Source of the DNA: Cyanobacteria bacterium auto_48_18
GTDB lineage: Bacteria; Cyanobacteriota; Vampirovibrionia; Obscuribacterales; Obscuribacteraceae
Assembly: GCA_036170915.1 (NCBI GenBank)
Contig: JAVHQC010000035.1
Span: forward strand, 128,001-192,000
DNA length: 64,000 nt
Direction: 5' to 3'
The notes beneath the pieces were generated by a model. The model was not told where the DNA came from and searched no databases. It was given only the letters and a program-made list of their open reading frames with translations. The translations under genes were made by a program, and so were the position numbers. Position 1 is the stretch's first letter. Each line of letters begins with the position of its first letter. Below are positions 28,270 through 38,585 of the stretch, one piece after another.

Positions 28270-29412
28270 TTGAATCTCTACGAATACGAAGCCAAGCGAA
28301 TCTTTGCCGAAGGCGGCATTCCGGTTCCGCCAGCCCAGCGCATCACCAAGCCGGAAGAGCTGGCCAAAATCCATTTCGGTTATCCCCTCACTTTAAAGTG
28401 TCAGGTCTTGACAGGTGGGCGCGGAAAAGCAGGCGGCATCAAATTCCCTAAAGATTTGAAAGAAGGTATGGCCCTTGCCAAGGACATGCTCAAGCTTGCT
28501 ATTAAAGATTCAAAAACAGAGAGTCTTCTGGTTGAGCCACGCATGAATATTGCCCGGGAGCTCTATCTGGCTGTAACCCTTGATCGTGACCGCGGTTGTC
28601 CAATTTTCATCGCTTCAGCTGAAGGCGGCATTGAAATCGAATCATCCGCTAATGTTTTGACTGAGCCAATTCCTCATGTCTATCAGCCTTACATCGGCCG
28701 CAACCTGGCCGCAAAACTTGGCCTTAAAGGCAGCGAGTTAAATAAAGTTGCTGACATCGCCAACAAGCTCTACAAAATTTTCGAATCAAAAGACCTTGAC
28801 CTGGCCGAAATAAATCCGCTGGTAATTAGCGAAGGTGGAGATGTAGTCGCCCTCGACGGCAAGATCATCATCAATGACGATTCGGTTAATCGTCAGCCGC
28901 AATTCCGTGGTTGGGAAGAAGCACACTTGTGCGACCTTTCACCTAGAGAGCGTGAAGCGAAAATGACCGGCCTCAATTTGGTTGAATTGGACGGCAATAT
29001 CGGCATACTCTGCAATGGTGCCGGATTGACCATGGCTACCATGGACATGGTCAAAGCCTTCGGTGGACAACCAGGCAACTTCCTTGACGCCGGCGGCGGA
29101 TCAGACCAGAAGAAAACTCTGGCTGCTCTGGAACTGGTAAACGACAATCCTAACGTCGACGTTATTCTGCTCAACATCTTAGGTGGCATCACCGCTTGTG
29201 ATGAAGTAGCCGGAGCCCTAGTCGAATTCATGAAAAAGTATCCTGAGCGCGCCATGGTAGTTAGACTACGCGGCAACAATCAAGATATTGCCGAAAAAAT
29301 GTTGGCCGCGTCCGGCCTCAAACTTTATCCCGATTTGGAAGAAGCTGTTAAAGAAGCGGTCAGTCGCTCTAAGAATTCTGCCAAAAAACCAGTTGCCGCC
29401 GGCAAAGCCTAA
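28270..29412 (+). CDS. sucC: Succinate--CoA ligase beta subunit
   Basis: MNLYEYEAK, GGRGKAGGI, EINPL, NGAGLTMATMD, NFLDAGG, GGITACD. Confidence 0.95.
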   Translation: MNLYEYEAKRIFAEGGIPVPPAQRITKPEELAKIHFGYPLTLKCQVLTGGRGKAGGIKFPKDLKEGMALAKDMLKLAIKDSKTESLLVEPRMNIARELYLAVTLDRDRGCPIFIASAEGGIEIESSANVLTEPIPHVYQPYIGRNLAAKLGLKGSELNKVADIANKLYKIFESKDLDLAEINPLVISEGGDVVALDGKIIINDDSVNRQPQFRGWEEAHLCDLSPREREAKMTGLNLVELDGNIGILCNGAGLTMATMDMVKAFGGQPGNFLDAGGGSDQKKTLAALELVNDNPNVDVILLNILGGITACDEVAGALVEFMKKYPERAMVVRLRGNNQDIAEKMLAASGLKLYPDLEEAVKEAVSRSKNSAKKPVAAGKA

Positions 29413-29424
29413 AAGGAGATTGAC

Positions 29425-30306
29425 GTGATACTTGTCGATAAACATACAAAAGTAATTGTCCAGGGCATAACTGGAAAAATGGGTGCTGCCCACACAAAAC
29501 GCATGATCGAATATGGCACTAATATCGTTGGTGGTGTCACACCCGGAAAGGGTGGCGAGAAAATGCATGACGTGCCTGTATTCGATACAGTCAAACAAGC
29601 TGTAGAGAAAACAGAAGCCACTTGCTCTGTAATTTTTGTGCCACCATACCTGGCTCTCGATGCCGGATGCGAAGCCCTCGACGCCGGCATTACACTGCTG
29701 GTATTGATTACAGAAGGCATTCCACCACTCGACACCGCTAAGTTGGTTGCTCAAGTCAAAGCCAAAGGAGCCAAACTAATTGGTCCAAATTGCCCTGGTA
29801 TCATTACACCAGGTCAATCACTTATTGGTATTCTCCCTGGTTCGATTTTCAAATCAGGACCGGTAGGCATGGTGAGCAAAAGCGGCACCCTGACCTATGA
29901 AATTGCCCTAGCTCTGACTGAAAGTGGCCTAGGTCAATCGACATGCATCGGCACCGGCGGCGACCCCATCAAGGGGCTCGACTACCAGGAGCTGCTTTCC
30001 ATGTTCGAACATGACCCTGCCACAGAAGTGATCGTAATGATTGGTGAAATTGGCGGCAGCGCTGAAGAAGAAGCGGCAGCCTACATCAAGAAAAACATCA
30101 AAAAGCCTGTGATTGGTTTCATCGCCGGTCAAACAGCACCTCCCGGAAAACGCATGGGTCATGCTGGTGCCATTATTTCTGGTGGCAAAGGTACAGCCGA
30201 ATCGAAACTGGAAGCCTTCAAAGCTAACGGCGTAAGAGTAGCAATGACGCCATCTGAAGTGGCCAAGCAAGTAGCAGAAGCGCTGAAGCAACCAGCTAAA
30301 GCCTGA
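29425..30306 (+). CDS. sucD: Succinate--CoA ligase alpha subunit
   Basis: [32 protein letters not shown] (phospho-His). Confidence 0.97.
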   Translation: MILVDKHTKVIVQGITGKMGAAHTKRMIEYGTNIVGGVTPGKGGEKMHDVPVFDTVKQAVEKTEATCSVIFVPPYLALDAGCEALDAGITLLVLITEGIPPLDTAKLVAQVKAKGAKLIGPNCPGIITPGQSLIGILPGSIFKSGPVGMVSKSGTLTYEIALALTESGLGQSTCIGTGGDPIKGLDYQELLSMFEHDPATEVIVMIGEIGGSAEEEAAAYIKKNIKKPVIGFIAGQTAPPGKRMGHAGAIISGGKGTAESKLEAFKANGVRVAMTPSEVAKQVAEALKQPAKA

Positions 30307-30331
30307 CCTGTAACGGAACAATCAAGAGAGA

Positions 30332-30358
30332 AAAAGCCGGTCGGCATGACCGGCTTTT
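30332..30358. terminator. Bidirectional rho-independent terminator
   Basis: aaaagccggtc-ggcat-gaccggctttt between convergent genes. Confidence 0.85.
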
Positions 30359-30381
30359 CTTTGCCAATTACATATGGTAAA

Positions 30382-32202
30382 TCAGCGTTTCAAAATTTCA
30401 CTGAGATAATTTTCCAGATCAGCGGCCACCGCCGGCTGCGAGCGGAATCCAATATAACCATCTGGTCGCACCAGATAGAGGCACTCGGAAGTGGCACCAT
30501 AGGCGCGATGCAGCTCTTTTGTTGAATCAAATAATACTGAAGTATATTTATTGAAAGTAGTGTAATTAGCTTGATATTCAGGAGCATTTTGAGTGTACGG
30601 AACAATCACATGCACGTCGACTAAACCAAAAAACTTTCCCTGCATCATTTTCTCAATTGCTAAAAATTGTTCGTAACCCTTGATACTCGCTTCAAATCCG
30701 TCAAAAAGCAGCAACTGAAAATTAGGAGAAGCCATTTGCAGTGCCAACCTGGTCTCTCCGTGCCTGGTCTGGCACTCTCTGTCCACTACACGATCACCGG
30801 CCATGGGTGCTCTGGCAAAGTCAATCCAGGAAAGCATAGTAGGAGTTTCGCCGGAAGTGGCAGGATCACTAGCAGCACCAGATCTGCTATTTAAATTGAG
30901 ATGTAAGTTGTGTTCCAGAAGGTCTCCCAAACTGGCATGCGACTCACTTGAAATAGGGCTCTTACGATAGCTGATGCCGGTCAGGCTGCCAGCTTTTAAA
31001 ATGCGCTGCTGCACAATCTCTTGTGATGCTAAAAACCCCATAAGCGTATTGCGTACACCTTTAGCCACAGGGCTTCTTAAGGTCACGGCCTTAGTGGCAA
31101 AATCTGTTCCTTCTAAAACAGCCTGGCCAACAGCGTGACGTTCAAGGTTATAACTATCAAGAAGAAAATCACCCGCCTGCCCTTTAACTACAAGAGCCAA
31201 TTTCCACGATAAATTTGCGGCATCCTGCATGCCTGTATTCATGCCCACACCACCTACAGGGCTATGAATATGGGCTGAATCGCCAGCGAGAAAAACGCGA
31301 CCTTTGCGATACGAAGTAACACAGCGGCGGTTGATTTTAAACCAGGCCATCCATCTTGGATCTGAAATGGTAAAGCTGGTGCCGTCGCTGCCTTGTGGAG
31401 CACGCCTTTTAACCAGAGCCAAGACTTCTTCAAATATAAGCGGCCGTCGCTCTTCATTCTCGCCCAGCGGAGGCATGTCAAAAATTAGCCTGTAGCGACT
31501 GTTGCCAAAGGGAAAGCAGGCCAGAAGACCATCTTCAGATAAATAGACGTAACCCTCATCTTCAGCCATTTTCAAAGTGCCCGGGTTTAACTCTACATCG
31601 GCAGCGCCAAAACTCTCGTCATAAGAGACACCTGTAAAACGTAAATCGAGCCCATGCCGAACGGCACTGTGAGCACCGTCGCAGCCAACCAGATATTTCG
31701 CTTTGATTATCTCAGTTTTGATGCTGCCATCATCGGCAGTGCTAGCGATGGAGGCTGAAACAACTTCTGACTCTTCCACAAACGATATCAGCTCTTTGCT
31801 GCGCTCGATGGTCGCACCAGCTTTGGTCAGGTGCTCAGCAAGTATATGTTCAGTTTTATCTTGAGGAATAGTAAGAGCAAATTTGAAGTATGAATCGATT
31901 TCATCAAGACTCAAATGCACAATGCGCTTGTCATCAGCAAAAATATTACTGCCGCGCAAGGCCAGACCAGCTTTGAGAAAAGGATCAACCATTTTGAGAT
32001 TTTCGAACATTTCTAGATTGCGCGCATGCACCACAATCGCTTTAGAAATAGTAGTTGCGGTTGCAGCTTTGTCGATGATGCGGAATGAAACTTTGCGACG
32101 CAGTAAATCATTGGCTAAGGTCAGACCGGTAGGGCCAGCACCAACGATTAATATGTCCACAGCCTGAGCGTCTTCAGAAAAATTCGTCTCGTTGGTGGCC
32201 AT
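30382..32202 (-). CDS. Group A FAD-dependent monooxygenase (aromatic-ring hydroxylase type)
   Basis: VGAGPTGL, GCDGAHS (DG), GDSAHIHSPVGGVGMNTG (GD), C-terminal LVRPDGY. Confidence 0.9.
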   Translation of the reverse strand: MATNETNFSEDAQAVDILIVGAGPTGLTLANDLLRRKVSFRIIDKAATATTISKAIVVHARNLEMFENLKMVDPFLKAGLALRGSNIFADDKRIVHLSLDEIDSYFKFALTIPQDKTEHILAEHLTKAGATIERSKELISFVEESEVVSASIASTADDGSIKTEIIKAKYLVGCDGAHSAVRHGLDLRFTGVSYDESFGAADVELNPGTLKMAEDEGYVYLSEDGLLACFPFGNSRYRLIFDMPPLGENEERRPLIFEEVLALVKRRAPQGSDGTSFTISDPRWMAWFKINRRCVTSYRKGRVFLAGDSAHIHSPVGGVGMNTGMQDAANLSWKLALVVKGQAGDFLLDSYNLERHAVGQAVLEGTDFATKAVTLRSPVAKGVRNTLMGFLASQEIVQQRILKAGSLTGISYRKSPISSESHASLGDLLEHNLHLNLNSRSGAASDPATSGETPTMLSWIDFARAPMAGDRVVDRECQTRHGETRLALQMASPNFQLLLFDGFEASIKGYEQFLAIEKMMQGKFFGLVDVHVIVPYTQNAPEYQANYTTFNKYTSVLFDSTKELHRAYGATSECLYLVRPDGYIGFRSQPAVAADLENYLSEILKR

Positions 32203-32334
32203 AATTACCTCTTTGTGCGCGCTAATTTTACAACAGTCTGATTCGAGATTTGGGGACCATCATGTGGTGACTGCCACCTTGTCAGCTTGGTGCAGTTAGC
32301 TTAGGATAGTCATAGCAACAGGATTCAAACTTCT

Positions 32335-33264
32335 ATGGCAGCCGACAATTCAACTGAGAAAACTCGCCCCATGCGAGCCCTGGTTTTGCCAGGTGGCGGC
32401 GGCAGGGGTGCTTATCAGGTTGGTGTCACCAAAGCTTTTAAAGAAGCAGGCATCGAATTTGACATTGCTTTTGGTACAAGCATTGGTGGCATCAATGCCA
32501 GCCTCTATGCTCAAGGCAATCAAACCAGACTAGAAGAACTCTGGTGTTCCATTCGCAGTCGCGACATTTTCGGTCTGCCTTCAGCTCATCAAATCGGCCG
32601 CCTGGTGCTGGGTCACAAACTGGGCTTGCTCGACACTACTCCGCTGGAAGAGCTTTTGCGCCGTGAGGTCAACTTGCAAAAACTCAAAGCCAGCAAAACT
32701 AAAGTGGGCTGGTGCACAACTGATCTTTGTAGCCTGGAAACGCGACTGATAACAATTGACGACATTATGTCCACCAACGAGTTGATTGATGTACTGATGG
32801 CCACTTCTGCTCTTCCCATGGCTTTCCCGCCGCGGCACATCCACGGTCAGGGCCTGTGGATAGATGGGGGCCTAGTGCGTAATACACCCATGGAGACCGC
32901 CATACACCTGGGAGCTGACGAAGTGTACATGGTGCTTTTGCATCCCGAGCGCATTAACGTTTGTCCGGTGAACATGTTCGAAGTTTTAGTGCGTTGTCTT
33001 GATATTGTGCTCGACGCTTCCGCACGCAAAGAGGTGCAGTCGGCAGAGTTGTATAACCGCTTGATTGATGCCGGTTCAGTAGAATCGCGGGGCCGTAAAA
33101 AAGTCAAAATTCGAGTCTTTCAACCCAAGCATGGTGTCAATGTTACCCTGCTGGAAATTGATCCAGAACGATCAAGGCGCTTAATTCGGCAGGGCTATGA
33201 TGACGCTAACGAGCAGCTGGCGCAAATTTTTAGAGAAGAAGCGGAAATATCAGCTCAAGTTTGA
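32335..33264 (+). CDS. Patatin-like phospholipase
   Basis: GGGGRG, GTSIG and DGG motifs. Confidence 0.9.
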   Translation: MAADNSTEKTRPMRALVLPGGGGRGAYQVGVTKAFKEAGIEFDIAFGTSIGGINASLYAQGNQTRLEELWCSIRSRDIFGLPSAHQIGRLVLGHKLGLLDTTPLEELLRREVNLQKLKASKTKVGWCTTDLCSLETRLITIDDIMSTNELIDVLMATSALPMAFPPRHIHGQGLWIDGGLVRNTPMETAIHLGADEVYMVLLHPERINVCPVNMFEVLVRCLDIVLDASARKEVQSAELYNRLIDAGSVESRGRKKVKIRVFQPKHGVNVTLLEIDPERSRRLIRQGYDDANEQLAQIFREEAEISAQV

Positions 33265-33275
33265 ATAGCTTAGAC

Positions 33276-33761
33276 TCAATATTGAAAACCGTCTTTACGC
33301 AAGTGAGTCATGGGCTCATCGGCACCATTAAGCAATTCGCCATCGGTAATTTCACCCACCACAAGAATGTGATCACCAGCCTCGGTTTGCGACTTAACCA
33401 CCAGACTCATATAAGAAACAGCTTCGGCAAAAACCGGTCCGGAGCTAACGTCCTTCAATTTTAGTCCATCAAATTTTTCGGCGTTGTGTGGCTTGGCGAA
33501 AGCTTTGAAGATATCCATATTGCGCTTGCTCAGTACGTTGACTGAAAATTTGCTGCCAACCGATAGAGCTTGAAGAATATCGCGTTTCTTGTTCACTGAT
33601 ACCACAAGAGATGGCGGCTCAAAACCTGCCTGAGTAATCCAGGTGGCCATCATTCCGTCTTTGACGCCATCTTCACCGTGCACTGTAATGATGTAGACAC
33701 CACTGGCCAAGCGACCAATTGCTGGACCTACTCTTTCTTTCAATAAAGCTGCAGAATTCAT
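33276..33761 (-). CDS. Flavin reductase-like FMN-binding protein
   Basis: GRLASGVYIIT, ATWITQAGFEPP, FSVNVL, AGDH, H.RKDGFQY. Confidence 0.88.
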   Translation of the reverse strand: MNSAALLKERVGPAIGRLASGVYIITVHGEDGVKDGMMATWITQAGFEPPSLVVSVNKKRDILQALSVGSKFSVNVLSKRNMDIFKAFAKPHNAEKFDGLKLKDVSSGPVFAEAVSYMSLVVKSQTEAGDHILVVGEITDGELLNGADEPMTHLRKDGFQY

Positions 33762-33775
33762 GGGAACCTCGTGAG

Positions 33776-35194
33776 TTAAAGTTTACGTCCAATTTTTGCC
33801 AGAGGCTGTGCCGCGGGCAGTGTTGAAGTGATGGTGCCTTTCAATTTAGTTGGTGGTTTACGCTTTGACTTGTAAGCAAAAAACTGCATGATTACTTCAG
33901 CCAGTTTGGCCGGATCGTGGTGTGTAGGCGCGTCTTCGCTAACCAGCATTTTTCGAAATGGAGTTACACCAAGATCTTTCAATCGCTCAGAATCAAAGCG
34001 TACCGGTTTAGAACCTGAGGGAAGATCAGGCACCACTCGTCCATATTCATTAACGAGAACCCCTTGCATCAGTCGATTAGAAGCGATAATTGGAGTCTTC
34101 GAGTGGCTGAGAATGGCTTCCACATGGTCACCGACCGAATAATCGGTAGTTTCACCTGGCTGTGTCATCACATTGCAGACATAGATTTTTTTTGCAAAAG
34201 ATTGACGCACCGCATCAGCAATTCCAGGAACAATAAAGTTTGGAATTACAGATGTATACAAACTGCCTGGCCCAAGCACTATCAGTTCGGCATCAAGAAT
34301 TGCGGCCACAGCCTCAGCAGTGGCTACTGGCTCTGCCGGTTCGGCAAATAGACGCTTAATGCGCCTGCCTTCACCCTCAGCGGCAATATGAGATTCGCCG
34401 CGTACGATTGATCCATCTTCAAATTCAGCTATCAGATTGAGGCCGTCTAAAGTTGCGGGCAAAACCTGGCCGCAGCTATTAAGCACGCGGCTGGCGGTGC
34501 GAACTGCTGCTATCATGTCACCATCGGTGATGGCGTAAACTGCGGTCAAAAATAAATTACCAAAGCTGTGACCTTCAAGGCCCTCGCCAGATTGAAAACG
34601 ATACTTAAACAGATCAGTGACCAGCTTATCTTCGTCAGCCAGAGCAGTAATGCAGTTGCGAATATCACCGGGAGGCAGCACGCCCAGCTCTTGCCGTAGA
34701 CGCCCTGAGCTGCCGCCGTCATCACCTACAGTAACAATGGCAGTGATATTGTAGGTATGTTTTTTCAAACCACGCAATAAATTAGAGAGGCCGGTGCCAC
34801 CACCTATGACTACTACTTTAGGGCCGCGGCCGAATTTGCGAGCACGATAAAGCATGTCAGGTATAGATTCGCGCTCGGGCAAATATGTGCCGAGAACCTG
34901 TTGCATAGCTCGTACAATCAGCACGGCCATGGCTAAGAAACCAACAGCGATAAAAAGAATGCCATTCAACTGAATTGGTATGGCTTCTTTTACGTCTTGT
35001 ATAACTTCTCGTAAACCATTGATGCCGCGAGAACCATACTTGAGGACGCGGTCAAGCGGGTGAATATTATTACAGAGCAATACACCATAGACTATAAAGA
35101 ACAAAGCAATGATGACACCGCCGAGATAACGTTTTAACCCCGGCAACATCCAGCTGCCAAAAAGGTAATCTAGTGATTTCTTCGGCTTCTTCAA
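33776..35194 (-). CDS. yvcK: YvcK/GlmR (UDP-GlcNAc-binding, CofD-like) protein with N-terminal TM helices
   Basis: IGGGTGL, DDGGSSG, PPGDIRNC, GHSFGNL, GPGSLYTS, NVMTQPGET. Confidence 0.9.
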   Translation of the reverse strand: MKKPKKSLDYLFGSWMLPGLKRYLGGVIIALFFIVYGVLLCNNIHPLDRVLKYGSRGINGLREVIQDVKEAIPIQLNGILFIAVGFLAMAVLIVRAMQQVLGTYLPERESIPDMLYRARKFGRGPKVVVIGGGTGLSNLLRGLKKHTYNITAIVTVGDDGGSSGRLRQELGVLPPGDIRNCITALADEDKLVTDLFKYRFQSGEGLEGHSFGNLFLTAVYAITDGDMIAAVRTASRVLNSCGQVLPATLDGLNLIAEFEDGSIVRGESHIAAEGEGRRIKRLFAEPAEPVATAEAVAAILDAELIVLGPGSLYTSVIPNFIVPGIADAVRQSFAKKIYVCNVMTQPGETTDYSVGDHVEAILSHSKTPIIASNRLMQGVLVNEYGRVVPDLPSGSKPVRFDSERLKDLGVTPFRKMLVSEDAPTHHDPAKLAEVIMQFFAYKSKRKPPTKLKGTITSTLPAAQPLAKIGRKL

Positions 35195-35198
35195 GCAA

Positions 35199-35666
35199 TC
35201 AGACCCCTTCTTGAAGGGCTAATTTCTCTTGATCTGGCTCTGCGTGCTGATTTTGGTCTAGACCTCTATCAAGCTCGCGATGTGACAGTGATATTTGATA
35301 ATGGGGATAGCTCGATTGCAGTTTCTGGGCAAGTTCTTCGGCTACTGCCACCGAGCGGTGCTGACCGCCTGTGCAGCCAAGAGCAATCGTAAAATTATCA
35401 GTTTTAGTATCAAACATTGCCGGCATCACCTGCGATACCAGAGTGAAAAGATGACCCATGAATTCTTGAGCAGAAATCTGCTCCATCACATATTTTTGCA
35501 CGGGGGCGTCTCGCCCAGTGAGAGGCCGCAGCTCTTCCACCCAGAACGGATTTTTCAGAAAACGCACATCTAGAACAACGTTTGCCTGGGGCGGATTGCC
35601 ATTTTTAAAACCAAATGAAACTACACTAACTCGATTGTCCGGCATTTTATTATGACTACTGCTCAT
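35199..35666 (-). CDS. Stand-alone RapZ/YvcJ C-terminal domain protein
   Basis: SFGFK, DVRFL.NP, LTGRD, IALGCTGGQHRSV, HRE. No P-loop domain. Confidence 0.88.
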   Translation of the reverse strand: MSSSHNKMPDNRVSVVSFGFKNGNPPQANVVLDVRFLKNPFWVEELRPLTGRDAPVQKYVMEQISAQEFMGHLFTLVSQVMPAMFDTKTDNFTIALGCTGGQHRSVAVAEELAQKLQSSYPHYQISLSHRELDRGLDQNQHAEPDQEKLALQEGV

Positions 35667-35684
35667 TTTCTCAAGTCGGTATTT

Positions 35685-36332
35685 TTAGAATGCAACTGGC
35701 TCCGTGGCTGGTTGCTGCACTGAGGTGGTTTTTGGTTGTTCTTGTTTCTCTGGTTGTTCTTGTTTTTCTGCTTGTTCTTGTTTTTCTGCTTGTTCTTCTT
35801 TCCACTCGGCTTCCAGTTCTTCTACATTACCTTCACGGAAACCGTGTTTGGTCATCTCCAGATCAGCCTTAATTGTAGAAACTGCTTTGTCGATGAAAAG
35901 CTCACCGTCAAGGTGGTCGATTTCATGCTGAATTGCGCGTGAAAGCAAATTGCCGTCTGCGGTAAGCTTAAGCGTTTGACCTTTCAAATTTTGGAATTTA
36001 ACTACTACTTTTGAGGCTCTTTTAACTTCAAAGAAAACATCCGGGAAGCTGAGACAACCTTCCTGACCTGTCATCTCACCATCGCGTTCGATAATTTCGG
36101 GGTTGATGAAAACAATAGGACGCGGAGTTTCATCTTCACCGCTGACATCGATCACCATCAAACGTTTTGAGACGCCGACTTGAGGAGCAGCTAGACCGAC
36201 ACCGTCATTCTCATACATAGTATCGAGCATATCTTGCGCAAGTTTTCGCACCGAAGAGTCAAAAATGCTAATTTTCTTGGCTTTAGCCTTTAAAACCGAA
36301 TCAGGGTAGTATCTAACCTTGAGTAATGACAT
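35685..36332 (-). CDS. def: Peptide deformylase
   Basis: GVGLAAPQVG, EGCLS, QHEIDHLDG. Confidence 0.95.
   Translation of the reverse strand: MSLLKVRYYPDSVLKAKAKKISIFDSSVRKLAQDMLDTMYENDGVGLAAPQVGVSKRLMVIDVSGEDETPRPIVFINPEIIERDGEMTGQEGCLSFPDVFFEVKRASKVVVKFQNLKGQTLKLTADGNLLSRAIQHEIDHLDGELFIDKAVSTIKADLEMTKHGFREGNVEELEAEWKEEQAEKQEQAEKQEQPEKQEQPKTTSVQQPATEPVAF
35736..35797 (-). repeat. In-frame 18-bp tandem repeat (about 3.4 units) in the def C-terminal tail
   Basis: ttgttcttgtttYtctgS x3 plus a partial unit, encoding (A/P)EKQEQ. Confidence 0.85.
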
Positions 36333-36504
36333 GATTGCCGCCTCTTTCAAAAACCGGCCTACGCGCCGTGTTTCTAATATGTATCCTTCAACTGCGCCTA
36401 GCTTGCTAATAGAGAAATTTTTAAGCTCTAAAGTTTCTCACCCCCCATTCCACGGGGTTCTTAGCCGATATTATCACACCAAAGCCAAGATTTTATAGAC
36501 TATT

Positions 36505-37593
36505 TTGATGCCTCTATCTCTACTCTACACATATCTTTCTAAAATCGCTGCCCAGGGCAAGTCGGGAATACCCGCATTTCTCACGCTGGCAATGGTTTCC
36601 AGTATCGTGCCGGCAGCCGCTCAAGATTGGGGTTACGATGCTCCGCCTCAAACCGGAACTTCCGCTCCGACAAGTAAATCTGCAGCAAAAGCCGCCGCCA
36701 GTACCTTAAAAACTCCGTCGAAGCCACTGGTTGCCCCCGCTGCAAAAAGCACGCAAAAAGCAGGCATGCAAGCGACAGCCGTACAACCGGCAGGCATGCA
36801 ACCGGCAGTGATCCAATCAGCAGCTCCCGCCCAGGAACAAGTGGACGATAAGCGTTCCTGGCTGGAAATATTTGCCTTGTGCGCATCCAGCAACATTGAT
36901 GACGATCGCACCGAGACTCTTGGTCTGGCCACTCTTTCAGGCGAACAAAAAGATAGCCTCGGCAAGATGATTGATCAGAAGCTGGCCGCCAATGCCTCTG
37001 TGTATGCCGGTATTGCTCCTTTCTGGCGTCAGACCAGGGTGAAAGTGATTCGTGAAATCGACAGCAAAGAAAGCTATCGCTTATTGTTTCGTGCTCTTAT
37101 TCGTCACGCGCTCAGCGCTAAAAATTCACCACTGGCGAAAAATCAGAATGAAGCCGACCTTTTGCAAAGCTTGCTGGGAGCCGCTCGTATTGCCGACCCC
37201 GGGCCACCACCGCTCACTGAAGATGCAGTTAATGCTTACGCAGACATGACGGTTTTTCTTTTCAGCAAGCGTAAACCAGACCGCTCTGTTGATGGAGATG
37301 AAAATCGCAAAGTTTTTGCCGATGTAATCAAAGATCGCTTTGTGCGCGCCCCTAACCCCGCAGCCAAAGCGGCGATGACCAATTTTGATTTAACCTGGGC
37401 TTGTTTTCGCTGTCGATTTCTAGATGTTGACGCCGAGCAAAAAGAAAAGCTCAGTGCTCTTATGGCCTCTGGTGACAGCAAAAGTAGCGCCATGCTGAAA
37501 CAAGAGCTAGTCAGCCCTGCCATGACAAAATTATTTGCTATGGGCCCGTGGGGCGAAAAATCAGTTAAAAGTGCAAGCGCACAGAGTCAGTAG
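36505..37593 (+). CDS. Secreted hypothetical protein
   Basis: Signal-like segment ending PAAA|QD, an A/K/Q-rich linker, then a helical domain. Start uncertain. Confidence 0.65.
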   Translation: MMPLSLLYTYLSKIAAQGKSGIPAFLTLAMVSSIVPAAAQDWGYDAPPQTGTSAPTSKSAAKAAASTLKTPSKPLVAPAAKSTQKAGMQATAVQPAGMQPAVIQSAAPAQEQVDDKRSWLEIFALCASSNIDDDRTETLGLATLSGEQKDSLGKMIDQKLAANASVYAGIAPFWRQTRVKVIREIDSKESYRLLFRALIRHALSAKNSPLAKNQNEADLLQSLLGAARIADPGPPPLTEDAVNAYADMTVFLFSKRKPDRSVDGDENRKVFADVIKDRFVRAPNPAAKAAMTNFDLTWACFRCRFLDVDAEQKEKLSALMASGDSKSSAMLKQELVSPAMTKLFAMGPWGEKSVKSASAQSQ

Positions 37594-38551
37594 TTTGCAC
37601 CACCCCTGACACAAGCCGCGGCAACCAACCGTAAACCACAGACATGCAGGCGAGTAGCCAGATGACAATGGTGCATTGAATCGGTCTATCTTTGAGCAAT
37701 ACCTCTTCTGGTGAGCCGGTATTAGTGTCTCTGACAGACAAAACTTGATAGCGCAGCACACCATATAGCACCATCGGCACTGTCACCATCATCCATTGAC
37801 CATACTGTGACTGAAAACTGTAAAAAGCATATGCGGTAATCAAACTCGGTACTATAGCCGCTTCCATGCGATCGAGCAGGTCTATGGAATATTTACCGAG
37901 CACTTTTCTGTGGCCGGCAGCATCGCTGCCCAGACTTTTGATTTCTTGTCGTCTTTTTTCAAGAGCGAGAAATAATGCACCAAGGGAGGTGCACAATAAG
38001 AACCAGGCAGAAAGCGGCACATGTGCCGCTGCACCGCCGGCCAGTGCCCGCAACACAAAACCGGTGGCGATACAGAAAACATCGAGAATAATATGATGTT
38101 TGAGTTTAGCCACATAAGCAATTTGCAAAAGCAAATAGGCCAAAAGCACAAGGCTTAAGGCCGGTCTTGTCAGATAACCAACGACAAAGCTAAGAATCAA
38201 ACAGATCAAGCCAATGATAAAGGCGGTTTGCTTACCGATTAGACCAGCTGCTACAGGACGTTTGCACTTGGTTGGATGCTTACGATCAGCTTCGGCGTCA
38301 AGAATATCGTTAAAGACATAAACCGCAGCAGATATAAAACATAGTGCCACCACACACATTGAAACATGGCTGACCACTTCGCCACTGAAGAGCCTCCCGG
38401 CAAAAAGCGCGGGCGCGAAGGCAATCAAATTTTTTGTCCATTGTCTAGGACGCAATAATCTGACAATGCTCTTGGGCGTCAGAGCACGAGGGCCAGCGGC
38501 AGAATCGCCGACAGCATCAGCTTGAGCATCTATTTTCTGGCCTGAATTCAT
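37565..38551 (-). CDS. UbiA-family prenyltransferase (decaprenyl-phosphate phosphoribosyltransferase-like)
   Basis: LLRPRQWTKN, NDILDAEADRKHPTKCKRP, GFVLRA, KRRQE. Confidence 0.9.
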   Translation of the reverse strand: MNSGQKIDAQADAVGDSAAGPRALTPKSIVRLLRPRQWTKNLIAFAPALFAGRLFSGEVVSHVSMCVVALCFISAAVYVFNDILDAEADRKHPTKCKRPVAAGLIGKQTAFIIGLICLILSFVVGYLTRPALSLVLLAYLLLQIAYVAKLKHHIILDVFCIATGFVLRALAGGAAAHVPLSAWFLLCTSLGALFLALEKRRQEIKSLGSDAAGHRKVLGKYSIDLLDRMEAAIVPSLITAYAFYSFQSQYGQWMMVTVPMVLYGVLRYQVLSVRDTNTGSPEEVLLKDRPIQCTIVIWLLACMSVVYGWLPRLVSGVVQTTDSVRLHF

Positions 38552-38585
38552 AAAATCATTATGCCTTTAGACGCTGTCTTTTAAG

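Noticed and set aside
32335..33264. Patatin as a CBASS CapV-type effector together with the JAB protein or the cyclase
   Set aside because: No CD-NTase or E1/E2 gene, the genes are about 20 kb apart, and the JAB protein is RadC-type.
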